From the human T2T-CHM13v2.0 reference genome, Homo sapiens: a DNA stretch of 64,000 bases. A program made the position numbers and the translations under genes. Location: NCBI RefSeq assembly GCF_009914755.1, contig NC_060945.1; one strand, written 5' to 3'. The notes below the pieces were generated by a model. It did not search any database and was not told the DNA's origin. It saw nothing but the letters and a program-made list of their open reading frames with translations. Below are positions 1-12,133 of the stretch, piece after piece. Position 1 is the first letter of the stretch; every line of letters begins with the position of its first letter.

Positions 1-1093
1 GAGCACTGAGGCCTGCAGGGGCTGCCGTGGGGGCTGGCTCAGGGCCTTCACCACCTGGGGGTCTGTTTCCCTTCCAGTCTCCCCTGCCATCCTCAGTGAC
101 CAGGGACACAGATGGCCCTGGCAAGGCCCCCGGCCTGCTCCTCGCCTGTTGTCTGCACCCCGTGGGCTGCACCCCCCCTACCCCACCCGTTGCCCTCACC
201 CTACCCAGCTGCTCCACACCCAGGCAGCCCACTGCCTTGCTCTGGGGGCGGAGAGCAGAGGGTCCTTCTGCAGGGAGGAGACGCGGAGTGGGCCCAGCCC
301 TGAAGCTCTTGCTGACCCGGAAGTGAGAGAGGTCCTCCTTTGTTGCTGGAAGCCCTGGGATTTGGGGGTTGGTTTTTGGACTGTGAATCAGTGACTGATC
401 AGTCCTTGTTTTCAGGTTGTGGAAAGCAAGGGGGTGGTGCGTCCCCAGGCCCCTGAGGCCCAGCTTGGCTCCCCCTGCCCGAGCTCCCCCCGTCCCAGGG
501 CCCTGCAGGGCCTCGCTGGCCCATGTCCTGCAGCGGGGCTGGGCAGGCTGGATGTGGTGGTGTACCCCACTCAGAGTGTCTGGGAAGTGCAGAGCAGGAC
601 CACTCTCAGCTCCCAGGCGGGGGCCCAGCACCCTGAGCCTTCCCAGGCTGCCTGGGGTGGGGGTGGTCCCAGGGACTCTGGGGCCTCCTGGCTCCAGGGC
701 ATGTGGGTGGCCCCTATGCACAGCCCCTCTTGTTGTGAGCCCCCATGGTCCGACCTCCTCTGGCCTTGCTGCCTGCTCAGGGTTCATAGCCCCAGCAGCC
801 CCGCCAAGGATGCCTGGCGAGTGGGTGGCCGAGGCAAGTTGGAGCCTGTGTCCCTGCTGTTCAGTGTCCTGGCCCTTCCCTGACACGAGCAGACACGGCA
901 TCCACAGAGACAGCCCGGACACCCTCCAAGGCCCCGGCCGATGGGACAGACGGGCGTACAGGAGCCATAGGCAGCAGATCCCACGCTCCCTCGGCCGGGG
1001 CCAGCTTGGCTGCCCAGCCCCAGCTCCTTAGAGAACGGGCTTCTCGCTTCAGAGGAGCTGGTCACAAACCAGTGGTCGCGACAAAACCATTCC

Positions 1094-1540
1094 TGTGGTG
1101 GAGCGCGTGTGGGGCGCGTGTGGGGCGCGTGTGGAGCGGGTGTGGGGCGCGTGTGGAACGTGTGTGGGGCGCGTGTGGGGCGGGTGTGGGGCGGGTGTGG
1201 GGCGCGTGTGGGGCGCGTGTGGGGCGGGTGTGGGGCGCGTGTGGGGCGGGTGTGGGGCGGGTGTGGGGCGCGTGTGGGGCGGGTGTGGGGCGCGTGTGGG
1301 GCGGGTGTGGGGCGCGTGTGGAACGTGTGTGGGGCGCGTGTGGGGCGGGTGTGGGGCGCGTGTGGGGCGGGTGTGGGGCGCGTGTGGGGCGGGTGTGGGG
1401 CGCGTGTGGGGCGGGTGTGGGGCACGTGTGGAACGTGTGTGGGGCGCGTGTGGGGCGGGTGTGGGGCGGGTGTGGAACGCGTGAGGGGCGCGTGTGGGGC
1501 GGGTGTGGGGCGCGTGTGGGGCGGATGTGGGGCGCGTGTT
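1094..1540 (+). repeat. G-rich 11-bp minisatellite (GTGTGGGGCGC/GTGTGGGGCGG), about 40 copies
   Basis: Directly visible tandem units with occasional GTGTGGAAC variants; CpG-rich; G4-capable on +. Confidence 0.95.
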
Positions 1541-1651
1541 GGGAACAGCGTCCGGGATGCACAGAGCACAGCGCGGTGGGGAGGCGGCAGGGGCGGCTTC
1601 CACTTCCTCCAGCATCCCAATCCCACCGTCTGGGTTTCTTGTGAAAAACCT

Positions 1652-1945
1652 GGCCGGGCGCAGTGGCGCACACCTGTAGTCCCAGCACTTGGGGAGGCCA
1701 AGGCAGTCGTATCACTTGAGGCCAGGAGTTCAAGACCAGCCAACATAGTGAGACCCCATCTTGACAAAAAAATAGAAAAATTAGCCGGGTGTGGTGGTGC
1801 GTGCCTGTAGTCAGCTACTGGGGAGGCTGAGGTGGGAGGATTGCTTGAGCCTAGGAGGCCGTGGCTATAGTGAGCCAAGATTGCGCCACAGCACTCCCAC
1901 CTGGGTGACAGGGTGATCCTCTCTCTAAAAAATAAAAACGTAAAA
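1652..1945 (+). mobile_element. Alu, AluJ-type
   Basis: GGCCGGGCGCAGTGG start, dimeric structure, GGATTGCTTGAGCC right arm typical of AluJ, A-rich tail. Confidence 0.93.
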
Positions 1946-2082
1946 ATGTTTTTTGCTTCCTGGTTTTGAAATGACTCTTGTCTGGTTGTGGCTCGCAGCC
2001 CCTCTTCTAGGGATCCTTGCGGGCTCAGGGGCCTCTAACTCCTCCCTGGGTAAGCAGCCCCCGGCGGTGCCTGAGAGTCGTG

Positions 2083-2165
2083 TGGAGGAGGGTGCCGCGG
2101 AAGGGAGGAGGATGCCGCGGAAGGGAGGAGGGTGCCGCGGAAGGGCGGAGGGTGCCGTGGAAGGA
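2083..2165 (+). repeat. Short tandem repeat, about 19-bp unit GGAGGGTGCCGCGGAAGG, about 4 copies
   Basis: Visible repeated units. Confidence 0.8.
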
Positions 2166-3319
2166 CAGCGACAGGTACTTGGCCGGGCAGGAGTGGCAGC
2201 AGGTGTCCCATCGGCTGAGATGGATGCAGATTGTCCCAGGAAAGTAGCCCTTGATAGTATTTGCGGGGGTGCCACCCCAGCATTCTTTGCAGGTGCAGAG
2301 CCCAACCCTCAGCTAAGGCCGCAGCTGGGGCAGGGTCATCTTGTGACAGAAGGGCGTCCAAGTGTGGGGTTATCCGTGGCTGTCAGCTGAGCGCTCCTGG
2401 CCACCATTGAGAGGGAGGCTCCAGGCGGAGGATGGGGTGTGTGCATTCTCTGGACAGACACCTGGGGTAGAGCCCCTGAATCAGCAGATCAGAGAGGATG
2501 ACTGTAGGAGCTTCAGGAGCAGGAACATGAATCCCTCGGTAATCGATTTAAACAAGTTCTACAGTTGACTCGGCTTTCATGCCTTTTAGACCCTGGGGCC
2601 CTCGGTGCATTTTTCCGAGTTAAAGGGTTAACACAGCAGATCAAAGCTTCCTGGGGCCTGGAGGTGCCTGGCGCTGGCCTGCAGGACTCTGAGAAGCTCT
2701 GGGCTGGGACCGTGGATGCCAGGCTCAAGGCCCGCAGACCTGGGCTGGGCACGTCCCGGGTGCCTCAGCCCCAGGCCCAATGTTGGCATATGGGGGACTG
2801 TGGGGCACAATGGGAGACAGGAGAGGCAGTGGGAGGAGCCCCCCACCCTGCCAGTCCCGCAGGAAGGGCAGTGTCTGGTTGCAGGGGGTGTGGGGTGTTG
2901 GCCAAAGGAATAGCAAATGCCTGGCCCAGAGTGAAGGGCTCCTGGCTGGGATGGCCACAGGCCCTGGGGGGTCTCCCTCAGCCCCGGGCAGGCCCAGGTT
3001 CTCCTTCCAGGCGCCCGGGATCTCCTTTGTCCCTGGCTGTCCTCAGGCTGCACTTAGTGTGGCCACTCCAAGGGGGGCTGAGGAAACCACCTCTCAGCAC
3101 CTACCAGGCTTCTGTAAGGCCCACACCCAGCAGCTATTGGATCCGCCTTTCCCCAAGAAAGCCCCCGGCCCTCCCCTTCTTCTCAGGCCCCTCACTGAGT
3201 CAGCAATCCCTGTTCCCAGGAGCTGTGTGTCCGTCACCAACTGCCGTCCTGGTCCTCAAGCAAGCAGGGACCGTTCCCACTGCTCCGGGGCAGGCCCCGC
3301 ACACCCTGGCCAGCCTCGC

Positions 3320-3712
3320 TGGCTCCTGGAGCTGCCGTGACAAACGCACACAGTGGGGGCGTCAGGCAGCAGTGCATTGTCTGTGTCCCGGAGGCCGGTG
3401 GTCTGCACTTGGGGTGTCGAGAGCCGCCTCCCTCAGGCTGCAGGGCAGGGTCCTTCTTTGCCTGTCCGGCTGCTGGTGATTACTTGTGTTTCTGATTCCA
3501 GACGCTTCCTCCTGGTGCCACAGATGCCGGCAGCCCTTGGTTTCCTGGCTTGTGGCCACGTCACTCGCGTCGCTGTGTCTGTGACGCCCCATAAGGACAC
3601 CGGCCATGTTGGGTTAGGGCCCTCCCTGCTCCAGTGTGGCCTCATCTTGACTGGTTCCAAATATGGTCCGGCTCTGAGGTTCTGGGGGACGTGAGTTTTG
3701 GGAAATCTCCAG
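3320..3712 (-). mobile_element. MaLR solo LTR, MLT1B/C-like, diverged
   Basis: GCTGCCGTGACAAA, CCTGGCTTGTGGCC, CATAAGGACACC..TTAGGGCCC..CTCATCTTGACT match the reverse complement of the recalled MLT1 consensus. Confidence 0.7.
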
Positions 3713-4212
3713 TCTAGGGGGTGGTCTTGGGCACCAGGGTTTTAGACGCCCCTGCCGCAGGTGGGAGGGGGCCTGCAGCTGGAGCTGAGCACCATGGGCG
3801 TGGTGGGGGCTGCGGAGGTGGTGTGGGCCTCATGGCCAGGAGTTGGGGCCTGGGCAGCCATAGGGGGCTGCTGATGGCCACGAATGGGCTGAGGCTGGGA
3901 TGTGAGGATGAGGGAAGGAAGGTGGAAGCTGTTCCAGGGCCCGTGGGGGCGTCCACGCCGGCTCCCCTTGCCCACCCGGACCTCTGGCCCCTTCTCAGGG
4001 TCTGATCTCCCAGCGCAAACAGAAGCACCCGGCCCCTGCCTTTGTCCAGCACCTTCCTGGCCTGGCCACGATGCTCCTGGACACTTTGGGCCCCGGTTTT
4101 CCTTTCTTATTTCCTCACCGGAAGGAAAGCTCCTGAGAGCAGGGTCTTTGCCCTGTGCGTGCTGTGTGAGCAGCACCGGGACTGTGCACAGATGAGTGAA
4201 TGAGAGGCAGGA

Positions 4213-5500
4213 GACAGCGGGGCCTGGATGGGCCCTGCACACAGAGCCTGCGTGTGGTGTTCAGGGGGGACAGCGGGGCCTGGACGGGGCCCTGCACACA
4301 GAGCCTGCGTGTGGTGTTCAGGGGGGACAGCGGGGCCTGGACGGGGCCCTGCACACAGAGCCTGCGTGTGGTGTTCAGGGGGGACAGCGGGGCCTGGACG
4401 GGGCCCTGCACACAGAGCCTGCGTGTGGTGTTCAGAGGGGACAGCGGGGCCTGGACGGGCCCTGCACACAGAGCCTGCGTGTGGTGTTCAGGGGGGACAG
4501 CGGGGCCTGGACGGGGCCCTGCACACAGAGCCTGCGTGTGGTGTTCAGAGGGGGACAGCGGGGCCTGGACGGGGCCCTGCACACAGAGCCTGCGTGTGGT
4601 GTTCAGGGGGGACAGCGGGGCCTGGACGGGGCCCTGCACACAGAGCCTGCGTGTGGTGTTCACGGGGGACAGCGGGGCCTGGACGGGGCCCTGCACACAG
4701 AGCCTGCGTGTGGTGTTCAGAGGGGACAGCGGGGCCTGGACGGGGCCCTGCACACAGAGCCTGCGTGTGGTGTTCAGGGGGGACAGCGGGGCCTGGACGG
4801 GGCCCTGCACACAGAGCCTGCGTGTGGTGTTCAGGGGGGACAGCGGGGCCTGGACGGGGCCCTGCACACAGAGCCTGCGTGTGGTGTTCAGAGGGGGACA
4901 GCGGGGCCTGGACGGGGCCCTGCACACAGAGCCTGCGTGTGGTGTTCAGGGGGGACAGCGGGGCCTGGACGGGGCCCTGCACACAGAGCCTGCGTGTGGT
5001 GTTCACGGGGGACAGCGGGGCCTGGACGGGGCCCTGCACACAGAGCCTGCGTGTGGTGTTCAGAGGGGACAGCGGGGCCTGGACGGGGCCCTGCACACAG
5101 AGCCTGCGTGTGGTGTTCAGGGGGGACAGCGGGGCCTGGACGGGGCCCTGCACACAGAGCCTGCGTGTGGTGTTCAGGGGGGACAGCGGGGCCTGGACGG
5201 GGCCCTGCACACAGAGCCTGCGTGTGGTGTTCACGGGGGACAGCGGGGCCTGGACGGGCCCTGCACACAGAGCCTGCGTGTGGTGTTCAGGGGGGACAGC
5301 GGGGCCTGGACGGGGCCCTGCACACAGAGCCTGCGTGTGGTGTTCAGGGGGGACAGCGGGGCCTGGACGGGGCCCTGCACACAGAGCCTGCGTGTGGTGT
5401 TCACGGGGGACAGCGGGGCCTGGACGGGGCCCTGCACACAGAGCCTGCGTGTGGTGTTCACGGGGGACAGCGGGGCCTGGACGGGGCCCTGCACACAGAG
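4213..5500 (+). repeat. 57-bp VNTR, about 22.6 copies
   Basis: Unit GACAGCGGGGCCTGGACGGGGCCCTGCACACAGAGCCTGCGTGTGGTGTTCAGGGGG, near-identical copies. Confidence 0.98.
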
Positions 5501-6639
5501 CTGACTCCAGCGTCCCGATGGACCTCTCCCTGAGCTGTCCGTCTCAGCCTGCCCGTTCTACCTTCCCCTGTGGGCAAGCGTGGTGGGGTCCACCCAGATC
5601 ACCCCAGACGTGTGAGTGCGTCAGCTCCCGGCAAGGGGTGTGTTCCGTGCAGCATTGCCGTGGGAGGCGGCGGGAGCCTGTGCTGGCCCTGAGGGCTGGC
5701 TTGCATTCGGGTCCCTTGCTCCGCTGCCTGGATCGCTGGGCTCTGAGAGTGCCCCACGCGAGGGCTTTGTCTTGATGAGGCCTGCACCTGGCTTGTCCAG
5801 GCCCCACAGCGGCCTTGCACCAGCCTGAGTTTGTCCCTGAAGGTTACATCGGGTCTGTGACCTTCGTCTTGTGTGGGGAGGGAGGGCGGTGACGGGCCGC
5901 ATCGGGCAGGGGCAAGGCACAGCCGCGACCCCCAGGCTGGTGAGTCAGGGTTCTGTGCTGCTTGGAAGCCAAGTGTTGTACAAACACCGGGCGTGTTGAT
6001 TCTGGAATGTTCCCTATGTGGCGATAACGCCGGTGACGGCAGCCACTGTCGTTGCTCTGAGACGCTGGTGGGTGCTGGCTGCCGCCCAGGCCTTGTCTGC
6101 CTGCAGCCCCCGGCGGCCCCTCCAGCCTGGTGGGTTCTCAGCTGCCGCCGTGACCAGGGTTTTCCAGGGACACTGCTATCAGTGAGCGCTTCCAGGATGC
6201 CGGGGTGGCTGCCGGCGGGCGGGGAGGCAGGATGCTGGTCTTGCCTCCTTCCCCTTTGAAGTTGCCGTCTTGGGGCGTCTGTGCTAGGCCCTGGCTCCTG
6301 GCGCTGAGACCCTCATGGAAAGCTCCCTTCTTTTAAAGTCAAACAGACCCAATTAAAGTGTTTTTTCCAAAGATGTTAAAATAATGTGGGTCAGAGTGAT
6401 AATGACAGGCCTCTTCCTGGCTTGTTTCAGCCTTCCTGAAGATGAGGAAGTTTTCATTTTAAAATTTTTGGTGGGGTATTTCTCAGAGAAAACCGGTGAT
6501 GACATGTTTTCTGATTCTAAATACTTCTTCCCGGTGACACACATGCAGAGGCGCCTGGGGCCTGAGAGTCCCTGCAAGACTGTGGAGCAGAGGCCTCATC
6601 TCCTGGTGGCCGGAGCCACATAGGACAGAAGGCCCTGGA

Positions 6640-6740
6640 GCCCTGAGTGGGGAAACTGAGGCCCAAGAGGAGAGAGCCTCCCTCCCCAGCCAGCCAGGTG
6701 ATGGCGCTGAGATTCAGGAGCACGGAGCTTCTGACTCTCG
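6640..6740. mobile_element. MIR fragment
   Basis: GGGGAAACTGAGGCCCA core followed by GAGATTCA..CTTCTGACTC. Confidence 0.5.
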
Positions 6741-6974
6741 CCTCCATGTTCAAGGTCAGCGTCCACCCCAGGCCCCGTGTTACTTGCTGAGCCTCCTGCT
6801 GTGCTCAGGTCTGTGTGAGGGGGACCGCGGTGCACACTCCAGTGTCCCGGGAGGAGCGGCCCCCAGGCGTCACGGGGCCGGAGGCAGGGGCCGCCCCTCC
6901 ACAGGGTCCGAGACAGAATCTATTTTCCATTTGAGCCTCTCCCTCCCGAACTCCAAGTTCAGGGGTGGGATTCA

Positions 6975-8187
6975 CATACTCTCACACCCCGCTCCACACA
7001 CCCCACACTCACATCCCCTCACATACACACCCCTCCCCACACCCCACACACTCACACCCCACATACACCCCTACACACACCCTACACACACACACCCCCC
7101 ACACACACCCCACACACCCACACACCCCACACACCCCACACCCACACACCCCACACCCACACACCCCCATACACCCCCATACACCCCCATACACCCCCCC
7201 ACACACACCCCCACACACACCCACACACACCCCACATACACCCCCATACCCCCCACACACCCCTCCCCACACCCCACACACACCCCACATACACCCCACA
7301 CCCCACACACACACCCCACATATACCCCTACACACATCCTACACACACCCCACACACCCACACACACCCCCATACACCCCCACATACACCCCCACATACA
7401 CACCCCTCCCCACACCCCACACACCCCACATACACCCCTACACACACCCCACCCACACACACCCCCATATATCCCCCACACACACCTCACATACACCCCT
7501 ACACACACCCCACACACACACACACCCCCACACACACCCCACATACACCCCTACAGACACCCTACACACACACACCCCACACACACACCCCACACACCCA
7601 CACACCCCACACACCCACACACCCCACACCCACACACCCCTCCCCACACCCCACACACACCCCACACACACCCCACACACCCACACACACCCACACACCC
7701 CACATACACCCCACACCCCACACACACACCCCACATACACCCCTACACACACACCCCACACACCCACACACACCCCCATACACCCCCACATACACCCCCA
7801 CATACCCCTCCCCACACCCCACACACCCCACATACACCCCTACACACACCCCACACACACACACCCCCATATACCCCCACACACACCTCACATACACCCC
7901 TACACACACCCCACACACACACACACACACCCCACACACACCCCACACACACCTCCCACATACACCCCACATAACCCCCAAACACACCCCACACATACAT
8001 CCGACACATGCCCCCCACACTCACACCCCTCCATACACCCCGATACACACCCCCCACACTTGCACCCCTCCACTCACACATCGCACACACACTGCACACA
8101 CACACCCTCCCACACACCCCACAGTCCCACACACCCCACACACCCCTCCATACATCCCCCCCACACAGCCCCCCACACACCCCCAAC
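6975..8187 (+). repeat. C/A-rich low-complexity array (CACACCC/CATACACCC)
   Basis: About 1.2 kb of C, A and sparse T, with internal higher-order duplications. Confidence 0.97.
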
Positions 8188-11100
8188 ACTGGCGCCCACC
8201 CTGCTGTCTCAGGAGAAGCCCCCATGCTGGGCCTATGGCCTCTCGGGCTCTGGCATCCCCCACCGGCCCCGATGGTGGCGGTGACCACACGCAGTCGTAA
8301 GGACGGGCGGCGTGAGGGCCCCGCTGAGCCGAGTGTGACCTGTGTGCTCCAGCCTGGAGCTGGCATGGCCGGGGCGCCCTTCATGGGTGGCAGAGTCCTG
8401 GCCTCCCCGCCTTCCCAGTGGGTAGCACACTCCCCTCTTCCCCCGGCCTTAGCTCTGGATTTCCTGGCACAGCCGTGATTACTCCACCTCGGCCCCCTCC
8501 CCTGGGCCCGGAAGACTAATTAACCCTGATGTTTAATTGGAGAACACGGCCGGGCCTGTGTCTGTGCGGCTCCTGTGGGATGGGGGCAGCCTTCTGTCTC
8601 TCCCCTCTGGAACTCTGCATGGCTCCTGGGTGGCCTGGGGTTTGACTGGACCTGGCCTTTGCCCCACGGCCCCTCCACCCCCGGCGAAACTGCCCCCACC
8701 CACACAGGGCCTGGCTCCCGCTGCCTGAACCCTGTCCCTGGCAGGGCCCACAAGCTCTGTCTCATTTGTGCGACAGCCGTGATCCCTGCTCCAGCCCGCC
8801 CCCTCGGAGCTCAGCCACGGGGGCATAGGATGGCCACAGGAAGTCCTGTCCCCTGTGCCCTTGGGCCGGCCCTGAAGTCTCCCGGGAGGGAAAGGGGTGC
8901 CTGTGGGAGGCGGGAGAGTTCTGATTGGAGGGTGGTCAGCCCTGGGCCCTGGAGAGACAGCCCCAGTGGGGACTGAGGAGGGTGGAGGTGAGGCTGGGCG
9001 GGTAGCAGGCAGCTTCCGGCCAGGAGGTGCTCGGGGACCAGGATCCCCACTCCCGACTTTGCTGCTTTGGGATGAGCTCTGGCAGGTGGGGCGCAGGGGC
9101 AGGCAGAACTCAGGCCCATGTGGAACAGGCGGGGACGGGCTCGCCGGGCCTGGGAATGAGCGGGGCCTGCCGGCCTCCCAGTCTCATGGCAGGCTGCTTG
9201 TGAGAGAAGACCCGAGTCCTGGTGGCTTGTGTTTAAAATGCGGTGGGCCTTTCCGTCTCAAAGTGAGAAGTCTGGGCACAGGCAGTCCCAGCCTCTACGA
9301 TGCCATTGGTAGCCCGGGGCCACCACCCTTCCCTCGTTCTCATGCCAAACAGCTGCCAGAGCCCCAGCTGTCACGTCTGCATCCCAGTCCCCGAGATGAG
9401 GCTGTGGGCCCCACAAAGCTGGTGCTTTTGCTTACAGGTACTGAGCATGGAGGCAGCAGGGAAGCTGGCAGGAAGCTCCCTGCCCTCCAGGGAAGGTATC
9501 TGTCCCCTGTTGCCCAGGCCATGGGCAGGGACAGGAAAGCAGCTTGCAAATCCTCTGGGGTGACTGGGCTCGGGCAGGGGCCCCATGTCACAGACGCTCC
9601 CAGCCCTGCAGGCAGGAGCTTGCATTTTCCAGAGAGAAAGTCCAGAGCGGGTGGGGGGTGAACGGCGTGCCAGGGCTGATCCTCTGTCAGGCCCTTGTGG
9701 TCTGGTGCTGCTGGAGTGCTCTAGGGGGAGAGGGTGCCTGTCCCAAGGAGCAGGGACGGTGCCCTGTTTGCTGCAGAAACACAGGCACACCTGCTGTCTG
9801 TTAGAAGACAGCCGCTTACCTGCACCCCAGTATGCCCCCAGGAGATGCCTGCACCACCTCTGGGAGAGAGTGGGCAGCTCAGCCAGGGGCCCAGGCCAGC
9901 CCGGGCAGGGGTGGCCAAAACCCATGCCAACAGGACATCTCTGGCCTCTGGGGACAGAACCCGGCACCATCGAAGCCTCAGGAAGGCCTGGACTCTGGGG
10001 AGCCCTCCACAGAGCTGGGAGGGAGCCCCAGGGCCTCTCTGTTCCCATCGGCAGCTCTGCGGCCTGCGGTCCCGGGTTCCTGTGTCCGCTGACCACATGC
10101 CATGATCGCTGCCCGCTGGAGAGCAGGACCCAGGGTGAGGTCTCTGCCCCCAACATGAGGCCCAGTGGGTGGTTTGCTATTGGCTTGGCCTCAGACCTGG
10201 TGGCTGAGGCTTTGGGGAGGTCATGCTCCCTCTGTGGGCCTCAGTTGACCCTCCTCTGTAAGCCAGGGGAGCTGGAGTGGACCCCTGAGACCCTCCCGGC
10301 AGCTCTGTTCTGGGGCTTCTGTGCCCCTGTAATGGACGCGCTGCCTTGGCCCCAGACCCCATCCTTTGGCGGCTGCTGCTCCCCGCCTGTTTCCACTGGA
10401 CCCTTCAGCTGCCAACCAGCCTGGGCCTCCCCGCCCTGGGCAGTGGGCACATGGCCAAGCCCAGCTGGACTGACCCTCAGGGCCCTGCTGAAAGTGCCAC
10501 CAGGAGGCATCTATGCATGGGTGTCTCGAAAACCCAAAATCCTTTCCAACGGGCACTGCTGCTGGTCAGTGTCAGCCAACCTCTGTGGCCTGGTGCATGG
10601 GGAGGGTTGGGGCTCCAGGTCTGCAGACACGAGGCAGCAGCCACCTCTGCTCAGGATGGCGCAGGGCCCTGGGATCCCTAGGACCCAGCCCGTGGACCCC
10701 AGGCTCCGGGGTGCCATGCTGGTCACGTTCCTCCTTCCCAGAAGCATCCTGGCTCCCCCGGGCTCAGTGAGAAGTGGCCGAGGACTCAGGCCAGAGGACA
10801 GCTGAGCCCCGTGGCACTTGGGTCCACTCAGACAAGGCCCTGCCTGGGGGTGATGCCGGGGGCCGGGGTGGTGGCCGTGCTGACCACTGGCTGCTAGGGT
10901 GGGGGGCCCCATACTCCCCACTCAAGCTTCGGGGGTGGGCTGGTGTCCAGGTTTAGACGAGGCAGGTGGGACCCAGAAGCACAGGCTGCTTACAGAGCAG
11001 CAGGTGGTTCTCATTGCCAGACGGACAGGCCTGGGACCAGCCTCTCGGCCCTGGGGTTCCTGTGTGCTCCAAGGACCTGCGGCCTCGGCTGCAGGAGAGG

Positions 11101-12133
11101 CCAGTGCAGCCAGGCAGGCCCAGCTCCGAGAGCCAGGCTGGGGTGGGCTTCCCGCCGGGCACTGCTCCACCCGCCTTCTCCCTGAAGGTCCCATTCCACC
11201 ACAACTGGAACCAAGGCCTCTGCTCACCCCCAGGCCCCCAGCAGTGTTGCCCGCAGACTCATCTCTGCCACGTCCCCCATCGCAGTCTCCTCCCAGCGTA
11301 CTCCAAGGCTGCCTCCTCCGAGGAGCCTTCCCAGCTGCTCCGTGGGTGGCCCTGTCCCTGCCCCTCCCTCCCGTGGCCCTGTGCATCCCTCCTGGCCCTC
11401 TTTTCCAAGGCCGGAAGTCAGACACCTTTTGGGATCTGCGTGCCTGAGTCCTGCGGCCCTTCCTGGAGGGGAAGCTCGGCAGAGCCCCCCAATTCCCTCC
11501 CACTCCTCAGCACCCCTTCCTGCGGTCCCTGGGATGGGGAGGGCTTATTCACAGCCGACTTGGCCAGGGAGGTGTGGGCCAGGCCGGAGCCGCTGCAGGC
11601 GCTTCACCCAGACAGGCCGGAGCCCGTGGGCTGGGACCAGGGCAGAGTCGTAGAAGCTGCACAAAGATGTTTAGGGGCCACATGCTGCCGTGGAGGCCGT
11701 GCAATGAAATTGGCCCCATCCAGAGCCCCCGTCCTTGGAAGAACAACTGGCCTGTGGCTGTGTGGGCTCCTCAGGTGGCCCCCCCCGGGGCGTGGAGAGC
11801 GGCCGAGCCAGGGCCAGTGCTCTTGGTCCACACGGGCTTCCCAGCCGGCTTGCAAGGTCCCCGTTCACCCGATTCCCCAAAGGAGACCTCCTGTCACGAC
11901 AACGTGAGTGCTCCACAGCCAGGGGAGGTGCTGCAGCTGCAGAGGATGGGCACGCGGCACTGACCCCTGCCGAGGGGGCACCCAAGCGGCCTCGTCCTTC
12001 CCGCAACCCAAGGAAGGAAGCCCCAGGGTTTCCCAAAGTCCTCAGGGGAAAGCCTGCTGAAAAGCACAATTGCACCTAGAAAGTCAAGGCACACCCGCAG
12101 TCTCGCCCGTGCTCTCTGGGGCGGAGCTAGGGG

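Noticed and set aside
784-1878. Overlapping Pro/His/Thr- or Gly/Val-rich ORFs
   Set aside because: Products of the 11-bp minisatellite plus an Alu
4213-5500. CRISPR-like appearance of the regular arrays
   Set aside because: No unique spacers, no cas genes, and a primate genomic context
4196-5775. 434-515 aa ORFs in all three + frames
   Set aside because: They translate the 57-bp VNTR, whose unit lacks stop codons; 56- and 58-bp units shift frame freely, so there is no sign of frame constraint
1094-8187. Complementarity between the GTGTGGGG array (1.1-1.5 kb) and the CCCCACAC array (7-8 kb)
   Set aside because: Only 8-mer complementarity between low-complexity tracts; no extended inverted repeat
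6784-8384. 396-439 aa His/Pro/Thr ORFs resembling mucin or extensin
   Set aside because: Translation of CA/C low-complexity DNA that can hardly form stop codons
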